A stretch of 43,488 nt of DNA from IMG/VR virus record IMGVR_UViG_3300020045_008791, positions 1 through 43,488 of that record, one strand, 5' to 3'. The notes beneath the pieces were generated by a model that saw nothing but the letters and a program-made list of their open reading frames with translations, did no database searches and was not told the DNA's origin. Origin of the DNA: a virus. Its lineage: Duplodnaviria > Caudoviricetes. Shown piece after piece: positions 28,701-37,931 of this stretch. The stretch's first letter is position 1, and the number at the start of each line of letters is the position of its first letter. Both the position numbers and the translations under genes were made by a program.

Positions 28701-31006
28701 GAACGTGGTTTGGAATACAGATTCATAATGCGGACACGGACTTCGTAAAAAAGGTCAACTTCCCAAACAGTTATTCTCCAGCGAAGGGTAGAGTGGTAAA
28801 TTACGCGGCTGCACCGCCAAGTCTGGATACAGTCAACGGTGATCTATTCCTTCATTGGTACTACGATGGCACACGATATACGGTATTTGACGACATGAAC
28901 GGAATAGATGCTAACAACGGCACTTACAGTACTTTCTACGGAACAAAAGCTGGACAGGATGCTACGGGTGCGGAATTTTCCACCTACTTTGGTTATGGTG
29001 CTGGTCAAAATGCACCAGCCGCGGGTCAATCGGTAGGTGTTGGATATAACGCAGGTAAGAATCCGGGAGGATATGCGGGAACGTTCGTGGGGTATAGTGC
29101 AGGTGCGAACGGAGGTGGAACGTCTGCCGTTGGTCTCGGATATACAGCCCTTGCCTCTGCGGGTGTTATTAGCAAGGGAACTGGCAACGTAGCAATAGGT
29201 ACTCACGCGGCTGAAGCTGTTAACACTCTAGATGAGACTATCGCTATTGGATACCACACGGCTAATCAGTCTGGAGATATCACACACTCTGTGATTATAG
29301 GAGGACACGCTGGCCCGGGACTAAATGGAACTTCTACAAATTCGATATTTCTTGGCGCATATTCGGGAATGAATCGTAATAGCACTCTATGGATTGATGG
29401 TGAAAGCACAGGAATAAATACCATAGCCCCACTCATATACGGAGAATTTGATAATGATATTTTGACCGTAAACGGGAAACTTGGGGTTGGAACATCATCA
29501 CCATATGCCAAATTGTCTGTCCATGGTGTTACAGGTCAAACCTACACCAATACTCTGTTCGCGGTGGCAAGCTCGACTCCGACAGCTACGACCACTCACT
29601 TTGCGGTATTGGCTAACGGCAATGTCGGTATCGGAACATCATCACCGGGAACAATGTTGGGGGTAGCTGGTGTAGGTGTCTTTGGAGATAGGGTGACAGC
29701 TTCTTACTTCACCGCCACGTCCTCAGCTACATCAACCCTTCCAAGAGTATCGTCTACAGGGGTTGCGACAGATTGGTTGTGTCTAACAGGCGACTCATGT
29801 AGAGCATCGTGGCCGACTGGAGGAGGTTCGGCATACCCATTCGATCCTACAACTAACTACAATACTAACGTAAACGCAACGACAGGCCTCGTCTGGTTCC
29901 AAAATGGACTCCATGCCTCGACCACTTCGCAGATCGCCTACGCATCCACAACGGCAATATCCGCTACCAACTTCTGTTTTATAGGAGATATTTGTAGAAG
30001 CACATGGCCGTCAGGTACATCGAAATGGACAGACGACGGATCATTCACCTATCTTAACTCAACAACTGATGATTTGGTTTTAGGTTCGCTTACCGTTGCT
30101 AATGCCCCGTTCTATTGGGATGTCTCTGCAACGACCAGTTATATCGGTAATGGTGGTACGGGTGATTCAACGGTAACACTTGGCAAATCAGCCTTTGAAT
30201 GGAGTTTGGGATATGATGTGACTGATAATACCTTCGCAATTGCATCATCTACTGAACTTGGCACAAATAACGCTTTGACGATAAACAAATCTACCCTAGG
30301 GACTACACTCGTATCTCTTACACTCGGTACTGATCTAACTGTGGCAAATGGTGGAACAGGGCTATCAACATTTGGCGGAACTAACCACGTTCTATACACA
30401 ACGGCAGCCGACGCTTTAGCGTCAGAAGCCGCTTTTACCTACAACGCTGGAACAGACACCCTCACAGCAACAAATGGAACATTCTCTGGCGGAACACTTA
30501 CAGCAGCAACTCTAGCAGGAGCACTTGATGCTGGTGGGGCGACATCGTTTGAGATTCCGAATGGAACTGGCCCAACATTGGATGCGACGGGTGAAATAGG
30601 GTTCGATACTACGGATAATCAGTTACAGATTGCTACGACATCGGCAGCTACGGCTAGAGTGATACCAACTGTTCAGAAACTTTGGGCGGCAACAGTAGCC
30701 TCAACATCACCAGATTTGTTGAGTGGTGGCAGAATATGGCTACCACCTCAAAGGGATGGATTTGATGTCACAGAAATTCACTGTGCCGTTGATGGAGGTA
30801 CGTCAGTTGTAATAAACATATCTAACAGTGGAGGTACGACTGACTCAGAGACGGTAACTTGTGATGCTGATGGAGCGACAGACACTTCGATTGACACAAA
30901 TTCTGTATACGCAGCCGGCTCGTTAAATTCACTCGAAGTTGGAACAGTAACTGGAACGGTCGATTACTTAACATTTAGTGTCTGGGGTTTGATTACACGA
31001 GAATGA
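25703..31006 (+). CDS. Giant mosaic fibre/adhesin-like protein with signal peptide (1767 aa)
   Basis: MKKYLYILAIIVTTLLGVSYANA; nine C-x5-CR(T/A/S)(T/S)WP repeats; GGTG fibre motifs; YadA-head-like repeats; VGIGTSSP motifs. Confidence 0.8.
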   Translation: MKKYLYILAIIVTTLLGVSYANAQYVLQGPQGGTGIGSGTAGDVGKCLKILSVGPLVWNVGTCAAGGGGSGGTWATSSSPVAGQNFNYPIENDDIVLIGNTSSTTAPYWFDPNTLDAFLTGFRATRSTTTGATSTTIFSTLGRFDNLVLTNALSILYGGTGLTSVSASSTVMQSNGTAIVYQKLSPGNFTTSNVSQWTNDSGYESGLTAGDGLTRTVNDFDCDTADTSTFGCLTDIDWDTFNNKVPTSITLTAGNGLTGGGDLSANRTFTVGAGTGITVNGDDVALTIPVVISSGGTNATSFGILQTPIVFDGTRLVATTSIGISDYFIATTTATSSLPRVSSTGLSTTWLCLTGDICRTTWPTGGGAAFPFDPVASGNATNTLLYLYNGVYATGSSTLQYASTTVTSATTFCFTGDGCRTTWPSGGAGAYPFTPTTNYNAATNATTGVVWFQNGLQASTTSQIQNASTTGISAAFICFTADTCRTTWPSGSGSGYTFYDNEDVAGTINGSNVAFTIGTAPNPAADLKLFLGNILQVQGIDYTLSGTNITYTVAPPIELAGLPHKAFYRTAVGAGGSWAYPFIADTNYGAGTNSTTSVLWFKNGIQASTTSQIAYASTTQVSANSICFNSDTCRTTWPTGGGFWPFTVTDTNYNVAVQSTTTPEWFKNGLMASTTSYFVYASTTALTAASANILRLDNLSSAGFVKSSANGTLSVDTSTYLTGNQTITLTGDVTGSGATSISTTYNNTVPIAKGGTNATAFDAPQTMITFDGTKLVSTSSIGYFDYINATTTATSTLPRLSSTGLSTTWLCLTGDSCRTTWPSAGAGSYPFSPTTNYAVNTNATTGVVWFQNGLQASTTSHFVYASTTALSAVSICLTSDTCRTTWPSGGSGTYPFSPTTNYNVATNATTGVVWFQNGLQASTTSQIAYASTTALSATSICLTGDNCRTTWPVGRGGSPISGTTTPVTITASTVDTLQPHNYLSTTTDPYLVFNSSPPAGTWFGIQIHNADTDFVKKVNFPNSYSPAKGRVVNYAAAPPSLDTVNGDLFLHWYYDGTRYTVFDDMNGIDANNGTYSTFYGTKAGQDATGAEFSTYFGYGAGQNAPAAGQSVGVGYNAGKNPGGYAGTFVGYSAGANGGGTSAVGLGYTALASAGVISKGTGNVAIGTHAAEAVNTLDETIAIGYHTANQSGDITHSVIIGGHAGPGLNGTSTNSIFLGAYSGMNRNSTLWIDGESTGINTIAPLIYGEFDNDILTVNGKLGVGTSSPYAKLSVHGVTGQTYTNTLFAVASSTPTATTTHFAVLANGNVGIGTSSPGTMLGVAGVGVFGDRVTASYFTATSSATSTLPRVSSTGVATDWLCLTGDSCRASWPTGGGSAYPFDPTTNYNTNVNATTGLVWFQNGLHASTTSQIAYASTTAISATNFCFIGDICRSTWPSGTSKWTDDGSFTYLNSTTDDLVLGSLTVANAPFYWDVSATTSYIGNGGTGDSTVTLGKSAFEWSLGYDVTDNTFAIASSTELGTNNALTINKSTLGTTLVSLTLGTDLTVANGGTGLSTFGGTNHVLYTTAADALASEAAFTYNAGTDTLTATNGTFSGGTLTAATLAGALDAGGATSFEIPNGTGPTLDATGEIGFDTTDNQLQIATTSAATARVIPTVQKLWAATVASTSPDLLSGGRIWLPPQRDGFDVTEIHCAVDGGTSVVINISNSGGTTDSETVTCDADGATDTSIDTNSVYAAGSLNSLEVGTVTGTVDYLTFSVWGLITRE

Positions 31007-31680
31007 TTAAGCTGATTACCTACATTGTTTCAGCCATTACTCTTGTAGTTGTCGGTCTTTTTACGATTCCTTTTCAATTTACAGAAACCCGTGAGGCTCA
31101 ATTGATACTTGGCGATACAGGTGGGCCAACTGGTGCTGGGGTAGATGTGGCAGGAACGGTCACATGTTCGGACAACATGGCGTGGTCAAATCCTGCTCAG
31201 TCTCCATCCTTTCTTCAAAGTAATGATACATCCTATGTAAGTTATGAGGCTGGAAACTGGGATAACACCAATCCTACTGATGAGATAAGAGCGTCGAGTT
31301 TTGGCTTCACTACTTCTGGGACGATTGACGGTATTCAAGTGGAGGTTATTGCGTGGACTCCGGCAGGTAGTGGAGCATGGAGAGATGTAGTTCTTTTTAC
31401 CACGCCGGGGACTCCTGTTGGAGATGACAAGTCAGATGCAGCCGCACTGGGAACTACTGATCCTGTTAACACGTATAAGTCGTTCGGTGGGGCAGCTGAC
31501 ACATGGAATGCTAGTCTAACTTCGACTCAAGTAAATAGTGCCAACTTTGGAGTCAGTTTATGTTGGACGGCGACTGCAAATGACTCAAACATTCTTGTAG
31601 ATCATGTACGTATTACCGTCACTTATACAGCAGCAGTTTCAACGTTTATTAGGAAACAAAACATAATATGGTTCGACTAG
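31003..31680 (+). CDS. Beta-sandwich accessory protein with N-terminal hydrophobic helix
   Basis: TIDGIQVEV, FGGAADTW, VNSANFGV, VDHVRITVTY. Confidence 0.7.
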   Translation: MIKLITYIVSAITLVVVGLFTIPFQFTETREAQLILGDTGGPTGAGVDVAGTVTCSDNMAWSNPAQSPSFLQSNDTSYVSYEAGNWDNTNPTDEIRASSFGFTTSGTIDGIQVEVIAWTPAGSGAWRDVVLFTTPGTPVGDDKSDAAALGTTDPVNTYKSFGGAADTWNASLTSTQVNSANFGVSLCWTATANDSNILVDHVRITVTYTAAVSTFIRKQNIIWFD

Positions 31681-32114
31681 CCAAAAAATCGGCGTTTGTA
31701 TTTATAGCAGTAATAATTTTTGGGACGACATTTGCAATTGCTGCTACATTTATCATTAACAACAATATACAGGGAGATACAGCCGTTGGGATAGTAATTA
31801 CTACGGGCACTAACTTGCAAGGGATTTTAACTCAATTTTCAATTCAGAGGGAACAAAAAGACTGCTCCAACCCAGACGCGACAACGACACCAATACGTAC
31901 GTGCGAGTACATAAAGATATTTTTTGAAGGTAGGGAGGTCAGTATTTTTATAGCTATACCAGCAAGCATGATTACTCCATCACTCATCAATAAACTTTCA
32001 GGGATTCCAATTACACAGCAACTTTATTATGAAACTGGAGACGTAGATAGCAAGCTTATCCAAATGATGGAAGAACAGGGTTATGCAACTTACGCGATAA
32101 TACATGAACAGTAA
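31668..32114 (+). CDS. Exported hypothetical protein
   Basis: KKSAFVFIAVIIFGTTFAIAA signal-like N-terminus; one Cys pair. Confidence 0.65.
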   Translation: MVRLAKKSAFVFIAVIIFGTTFAIAATFIINNNIQGDTAVGIVITTGTNLQGILTQFSIQREQKDCSNPDATTTPIRTCEYIKIFFEGREVSIFIAIPASMITPSLINKLSGIPITQQLYYETGDVDSKLIQMMEEQGYATYAIIHEQ

Positions 32115-33387
32115 ATATCTTATAGCAATAATTATCGTTCTGATTGGGATACAGATATTCCCAACCAGAGTTGAAGCCGAACGTTTGTTTACAAGCGGGT
32201 TTGAAATGCAAGCTGACGTTGCTCCAGTCGATATGAACAGACAATTGGAATTTGATAACGCTGGATCGAGTTTCTGGGTGACAAAGATTCAAACAGATAT
32301 TAAGCATGGTGGGGCTGCGGCCATGAGAGCACAGGCAACATCGTCTGGGACACTCAACGATTTCACATTTGTTGCCTCACCAGTCTTGACTGATATGTAC
32401 CTTAGATTCTATTTCTATATCGCCACTTGTCCTGCAGCTGATGCTGTAATAGCAGCTTTTTGGGACACTGGTGTAGATGCGAATGAAGGAACTTTGTGGC
32501 TAGAACCAGATTGCCAACTCCACCTAACCGATGACGAGGTCACTCTTGATGGACAAGGTACTACCGTCCTGAATACTGGACAGTGGTATCGAATTGAGTG
32601 GAATTACGATGCTGGAGACCAAATGATTGTCAGGATAGACGGAGTTGAAGAAATAGATTCAGGGACTCATACCGGCGATAACGTGGACTCTATATCATTC
32701 GGTCTAAATGCCTCAACAGCAGATGTTTACTATGATGATTTAGCGATAAATGACACTAATGGATCAACCCAAACGTCTTTTCCGGGTATTGGATATGTTG
32801 TGCAAATGCAACCGAATGGCGATGGGGATAATAACAATTGTCTTAGCGGCGACTCTACAAGTATAGATGAGTTAACTCCAGATGATGATACCTCTTTCTG
32901 TCAGTTAGATGACGATGCCGGAACGGACATTTTAGACGTAGCAGTCGAAAGCTCTTCCAATGCTGGGATAGCCTCCACAGATACGGTTACATTAGTTCAG
33001 GTAGGAGCACGTTTTTCAGCATTAACAGCGGCTGCGGTTACGTGGAACGCAAGAGTCAAATCCGCATCGGGTGGTACGGTATCGAGCGGATCAACAAGAG
33101 GATCAGCGACTACAGCATATTGGACGAACGATGACGCTGTCGCTAGAACGTACTCACTTACGTCATACACTGATCCGACAACTGGAGTGGCTTGGACTCC
33201 AACTGGTACAAACTCGATAGATAATATGCAGATTGGCATACTTGGATCAGATGCGAACCCAGATGTTAAAGTCACAACATTGTGGGCAAATGTAGAATAT
33301 GTCCAAGTGGAAGTACCGTCAGAATCGACATTGAAAATTAACTATGGAACATTAAGAGTAGATAACGGGAAGGCCATTATTAAATGA
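32104..33387 (+). CDS. Exported acidic two-domain protein (LamG/lectin-like)
   Basis: Signal peptide ending VEA; FTSGFE, YLRFYFY, TGQWYRIE, YYDDLAIND. Confidence 0.65.
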   Translation: MNSKYLIAIIIVLIGIQIFPTRVEAERLFTSGFEMQADVAPVDMNRQLEFDNAGSSFWVTKIQTDIKHGGAAAMRAQATSSGTLNDFTFVASPVLTDMYLRFYFYIATCPAADAVIAAFWDTGVDANEGTLWLEPDCQLHLTDDEVTLDGQGTTVLNTGQWYRIEWNYDAGDQMIVRIDGVEEIDSGTHTGDNVDSISFGLNASTADVYYDDLAINDTNGSTQTSFPGIGYVVQMQPNGDGDNNNCLSGDSTSIDELTPDDDTSFCQLDDDAGTDILDVAVESSSNAGIASTDTVTLVQVGARFSALTAAAVTWNARVKSASGGTVSSGSTRGSATTAYWTNDDAVARTYSLTSYTDPTTGVAWTPTGTNSIDNMQIGILGSDANPDVKVTTLWANVEYVQVEVPSESTLKINYGTLRVDNGKAIIK

Positions 33388-33404
33388 TGTGCTAAAATAA
33401 AACC

Positions 33405-35480
33405 ATGAAACTTGCTAAATTAGGAATAATAACATTGATACTTCTTACGCCACTAATAAGCCACGCTCAGATAAACGGTGGTCAGCTTGGCAGATTCCTA
33501 TTCACTAACGCCACGGGTACTAACGCAACAACAACAAACTTTTCAACTAGGTTTGCATCAACTACAGACCTCTATGTCTCGTCTGCCGGTGGAACAGGAA
33601 CTAGGTGTCTCCAAGTTGATGGTGTTGGAAAGGTATCAGTGAGTGCCGGAGCTTGTGGAACAGGTGGTTTTGCCTTTCCATTTGACCCCGTAGCCGGCGG
33701 TAATGCTACTAACACACTTATATATTTCTATGGCGGTCTTTATGCCACCGGGTCTTCTACTCTCCAGTACGCAAGTACGACAGTTACCTCGGCGACTACG
33801 TTGTGTCTTGCAACAGACTGTCGCACCACTTGGCCGGCAGGTGGATCAGGTGCATACCCATTCTCACCAACTACAAATTATGGAGCGGCCACAAATGCCA
33901 CTACTGGTGTTGTGTGGTTCCAAAATGGTATGCAGGCATCGTCAACATCACAGATTGCTTATGCAAGCTCTAGTGCTATTACAGCTGATTCTGTATATAT
34001 TCCTACACAGCTTATGGTTGGCACATCTACACCAGGACAGATGGTCAGTATCCATGGTGGTATATTCTCCAACACAGCATGGAATACGGGAATTGCCCTT
34101 CCAGCGATTGTAACAGCCCTTGGTGGTGACTCCTCAATGTTTATTTGGAATCCTAAGAAAGGAGCAATACTAGCAGGGGAGCGAACGGTGAACTTGACGA
34201 CAGCTAACATGGGCGATGCCTCAACTAATTTTGGCCTCGACAACACCGCGTCAGGTTACGGTAGCTTTGCTGTAGGCGAAGGAAATCTTGTCTCTAATGA
34301 TTACTCTGGGGCAATTGGACAAGATAATATTGTTGCAGGTAATAGCTCTTTCAGTGCTGGTGAGTTAAATAATATAAGGGGTGCTCAATATTCTACAGCG
34401 ATTGGTTATCAAAATGAAACAGGGGGTGATTCTGGGACGGGTGATGAAGCTGTGGCTCTAGGTTTTCAAAATAAAGCATTTGGAGCATACTCAACTGCAA
34501 TCGGTGGTCAAAATACGGCAAGTTCTACCAATGTTGGCGGTGACACAACGGGTTCGGTTGCAATAGGAACTACTAATACAGTTACAACGGCTAATTCGGT
34601 TGCGATAGGGGATCAGAATAGTGTGGGTGGAACAAGTGACGGTAATACCGACGAATTTGCTTTTGGAGTAATGAACACTGTGGATGGTGACGGTGCATTT
34701 TCAATAGGTCGAAGAACAACGGCTACGGCTAATGGTGCAATAATAATTGGATCTAACCCTATCAATGGTGGATTGATGACAAATTCTACCGCATACTCTG
34801 TTGGAATTGGTGCATCATCAACAGTTCCAACACTCATGGTTACAAGGAGTATCGGGGCGGCTGGCACGTTTGGTAACGTAGGTATAGCCACCACATCTCC
34901 TTACCGAACCCTTTCAGTCGCAGGTATAGGAGTATTTGATGACCATGTAGACTCGAGCTACTTCACAGCTACATCTACAGCATCCTCTACTCTACCGAGA
35001 GTCGGCGCAACTGGTATAGGCACATCGTGGCTCTGCTTTACCACTTCATGTCGCACATCATGGGCATGGCTAGATTCACCTTTGGTAAACGCTGTTTATA
35101 ACACCGCCCTTGGCTCTGTAGGAGTAGGCACAACTACCCCAAAAGGTGCACAGCTTGTCGTAGCGTCATCCACGGCGGCGCAGATAGGAATATCAAGTGG
35201 TGGACTAGACCCAGAAATTAAGGTACGCCTTGTCGGGAATACTCTATACTTCTCAACATCAACACCCGGCTCTAACTCGACCACATCTCCCCCGTTCTTT
35301 GAGATACAGATAGGGGCTGGGACATTGCCGGGTATAACCATAGCCACCACCACAAGTGCGTCAACGACAATCAGAGAAGGTATTATTCAACGCCAAGGCT
35401 ATAACGCCGCGGGGGCTCTTGTTTGCGGCTTTATAGCCGGGACATCGTGGGTATGGCAATTAGGAGCATGTAATCAATAA
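33405..35480 (+). CDS. Second mosaic fibre/adhesin-like protein with signal peptide
   Basis: MKLAKLGIITLILLTPLISHA; two Cys-pair repeats; about 12 YadA-head-like S(T/V)AIG repeats; VGIATTSP. Confidence 0.8.
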   Translation: MKLAKLGIITLILLTPLISHAQINGGQLGRFLFTNATGTNATTTNFSTRFASTTDLYVSSAGGTGTRCLQVDGVGKVSVSAGACGTGGFAFPFDPVAGGNATNTLIYFYGGLYATGSSTLQYASTTVTSATTLCLATDCRTTWPAGGSGAYPFSPTTNYGAATNATTGVVWFQNGMQASSTSQIAYASSSAITADSVYIPTQLMVGTSTPGQMVSIHGGIFSNTAWNTGIALPAIVTALGGDSSMFIWNPKKGAILAGERTVNLTTANMGDASTNFGLDNTASGYGSFAVGEGNLVSNDYSGAIGQDNIVAGNSSFSAGELNNIRGAQYSTAIGYQNETGGDSGTGDEAVALGFQNKAFGAYSTAIGGQNTASSTNVGGDTTGSVAIGTTNTVTTANSVAIGDQNSVGGTSDGNTDEFAFGVMNTVDGDGAFSIGRRTTATANGAIIIGSNPINGGLMTNSTAYSVGIGASSTVPTLMVTRSIGAAGTFGNVGIATTSPYRTLSVAGIGVFDDHVDSSYFTATSTASSTLPRVGATGIGTSWLCFTTSCRTSWAWLDSPLVNAVYNTALGSVGVGTTTPKGAQLVVASSTAAQIGISSGGLDPEIKVRLVGNTLYFSTSTPGSNSTTSPPFFEIQIGAGTLPGITIATTTSASTTIREGIIQRQGYNAAGALVCGFIAGTSWVWQLGACNQ

Positions 35481-36541
35481 TGAAGAAATTACTTTTACTA
35501 GCAGTCATAGGGATAGGAATACTCGCTCTGCCTAAAGACGGGTTTGCTATAACCTGTGGCTTTGGCTCTGAAGTCGGAGCTACAGGTATGTGTAGAGGCT
35601 TTTTAACATCGACCACGACCGTAACATGGGATGTGCCTTCAGATTGGAATAATGCGAGTAACACTGTTGAGGTGATAGGCGGAGGTGGTGGAGGTGGAGT
35701 CGCAACGTCCACAACTGGAGGGGGGGCATATTCAAAACAAGCGAATATCACACTAACCCCAAGTGGCACGGTCGGGATTAGTGTTGGAGCTACAGGACAA
35801 GCGGGCGGATATCTTGAGGGTTTTGCAGGCGGCGATAGTTACCTGTGCGATTCTACGTCTAATTGTGCGTCAATCGCAGGGTCGGCTGTAAAAGTAGGAG
35901 CAAAGGGGGGCTGGAGTATCGGGGGGGAAGCGTCACTTGGCGTGGGGACGATTAAATACAGTGGAGGAACATCGCCAAGGTATGTTGGTGGGGCTGGATA
36001 CGGTGTGGCAGGTGGTGGTGGTGCGGCGGGTATGTATGGAAACGGTGGAAACGGAGGGAGTGAGGGTGCTGGTAATGGTAGCGGGGGAGGAGGTGGAAAT
36101 GGTGGAGGTTCTGATGGGGCAAACCCTGTTGGTTTAAGTGGTGGAGACGGAGGTGACAACATAGGAGGGACAGGAGGAGGGACAGGAGGAACTATCGCAG
36201 CAGATGATGCGACACCAGGTACTAACGGTGGTGGAGGTGGGGGTGGAGGCCTACAAGGAGGAGGTAACCATTCAGGCGGAAATGGCACAGAATGGGACGC
36301 AGACCACGGTTCTGGTGGTGGTGCTGGTGGAGGTAGTGGTGTTAACAGCACTGGCACGGGTGGTTTATATGGTGGTGGTGGACAGTCTATGGCCTTTGGT
36401 GGCGGCTCCGCTAATGACGGTGCTCAAGGAATTATCGTCATTTCCTATAACCCCGCAGGCGGTGCGGTGGCCGCTCCTTCCCCTTTAAGATTACTGATCC
36501 GTAGTTTATTAAATATAGGCAGTCAGCTAATAGTAAGATGA
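35480..36541 (+). CDS. Glycine-rich domain protein with signal peptide
   Basis: MKKLLLLAVIGIGILALPKDGFA; TWDVPSDWN, VEVIGGGGGG, GAQGIIVISY. Confidence 0.75.
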   Translation: MKKLLLLAVIGIGILALPKDGFAITCGFGSEVGATGMCRGFLTSTTTVTWDVPSDWNNASNTVEVIGGGGGGGVATSTTGGGAYSKQANITLTPSGTVGISVGATGQAGGYLEGFAGGDSYLCDSTSNCASIAGSAVKVGAKGGWSIGGEASLGVGTIKYSGGTSPRYVGGAGYGVAGGGGAAGMYGNGGNGGSEGAGNGSGGGGGNGGGSDGANPVGLSGGDGGDNIGGTGGGTGGTIAADDATPGTNGGGGGGGGLQGGGNHSGGNGTEWDADHGSGGGAGGGSGVNSTGTGGLYGGGGQSMAFGGGSANDGAQGIIVISYNPAGGAVAAPSPLRLLIRSLLNIGSQLIVR

Positions 36542-36864
36542 ATAAATCAGCAATAGGTATTGTCGGGGGATTAGTGGGTGCAATCATAACAGCCGTAATT
36601 GTTGTGCCAGCCGATGCACCAATAACTGAAACTAAGTATGAGAATACAGGCGCAACAAAAGGCGGTGAAGTAATAACAAAAGTGACAGCACCTATGTGTT
36701 TTCCTTTTGTCTATGAAGGCACGTCTACCGAAATGAAGGAGTATGTAAATAAAATACAGACACGGCTTGATACTGAAGTGAACATGCTAGACTTGGAACG
36801 TGACAGGCTTGAACGTCTGAAGGCTCGTTTTATATCAGATGCTAACTATATTGACGCAAAATGA
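36538..36864 (+). CDS. Small protein with N-terminal signal/anchor
   Basis: MNKSAIGIVGGLVGAIITAVIVVPADA; ATGA-coupled. Confidence 0.65.
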   Translation: MNKSAIGIVGGLVGAIITAVIVVPADAPITETKYENTGATKGGEVITKVTAPMCFPFVYEGTSTEMKEYVNKIQTRLDTEVNMLDLERDRLERLKARFISDANYIDAK

Positions 36865-37163
36865 CACGGCTAACGCCCAACTTAAACACACTCATACTTC
36901 TACTCACTATTATCGCGGCTATCGTCTCGCCCGTGCTTTATATAGGCGAGATTAAAACCAGCGTGGCCACTCAATCCACGGAGATTGCGAACATTAAAAG
37001 GGAGCTAGACGAATTAGCTGATATTAAGAAGGACATTAGAGAACAGGGTAGGGACTTGGCTACCATTAAGGGCTATTTTGACAATGGAATACTTAGGAGA
37101 CTGCAATTGGAGAACTTGAAAAGAGTCGATATATCAGAAGAAACCGCAATAAAACTACCATGA
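36861..37163 (+). CDS. TM plus coiled-coil protein (holin-like)
   Basis: One TM helix then heptad repeats; first gene of the lysis block. Confidence 0.55.
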   Translation: MTRLTPNLNTLILLLTIIAAIVSPVLYIGEIKTSVATQSTEIANIKRELDELADIKKDIREQGRDLATIKGYFDNGILRRLQLENLKRVDISEETAIKLP

Positions 37164-37930
37164 AAGAATATGGATTTATAAGGCCTGAAATACAACCTGA
37201 TAACTACGTTCTCGGATGGTCGCCCATGCCATTTGTCATAACAAAGCCAAATGGTAATTGGTTCAAGGATAGACCAACAAAAGAATTACAAAAGAGAGGT
37301 TTTGAAACGTATAACTGTACATCTTTCAATACGTTGGCGATGATTGAGGCTTACATGAAAGGAGTATTTGGTCTTACAGTCAACTATTCCGATAGATGGG
37401 TAGGGATAATCGCTGGAACTAAACCGCCGGGAAATGATCCTCATATTGTGTGTGAAGCGATACGAGAATATGGTCTCATTCCTGAAGAAATGTTACCATT
37501 CTCAGATGAGATAAAAACTGTAGAAGAATATTACTCTTTCAAGGGAGCGGATAAAGATGCTTGTTATGCAGAAGCTAAGAAGTGGAAAGAGAAATACGAT
37601 TTTATGCACGAATGGATAATGGTTGAAGATCAGACACGTGACGAGCAGATCACAAACATGCGTGCGGCACTCCGAACTTCTCCACTCGCAATCGCGGTCT
37701 ATGCGTGGGCTGAAGATGAGAGAGGTGTATACATAAAAGCTGGTCGTGAGAATCATTGGACGTTTCAATGGGGACACGAGGAGTTTATAAAAGCTGAAGA
37801 CAGTTACGAACCAACTCTAAAAGACATTGACCAAGATATAAATTTTGGTAAGAGAATTTACATAAGGGACAGGGCTGCGAAGCCGGTTAAGAGATCGTTT
37901 TGGGCATGGTTATTAAATTTATTTAACTAA
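37160..37930 (+). CDS. Papain-like (C1) cysteine peptidase
   Basis: ELQ...NCTSF, VNYSDRW, YGLIPE, ENHW, EDSY; amphipathic C-tail SFWAWLLNLF. Confidence 0.6.
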   Translation: MKEYGFIRPEIQPDNYVLGWSPMPFVITKPNGNWFKDRPTKELQKRGFETYNCTSFNTLAMIEAYMKGVFGLTVNYSDRWVGIIAGTKPPGNDPHIVCEAIREYGLIPEEMLPFSDEIKTVEEYYSFKGADKDACYAEAKKWKEKYDFMHEWIMVEDQTRDEQITNMRAALRTSPLAIAVYAWAEDERGVYIKAGRENHWTFQWGHEEFIKAEDSYEPTLKDIDQDINFGKRIYIRDRAAKPVKRSFWAWLLNLFN

Positions 37931-37931
37931 A

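Noticed and set aside
25703-35480. Diversity-generating retroelement or shufflon behind the fibre repeats
   Set aside because: There is no reverse transcriptase or invertase, and differences between copies are not adenine-specific.
35839-36357. Proline-rich minus-strand ORFs (also 20006-20359 and 35431-35769)
   Set aside because: They are antisense shadows of GGN glycine codons in real plus-strand genes.
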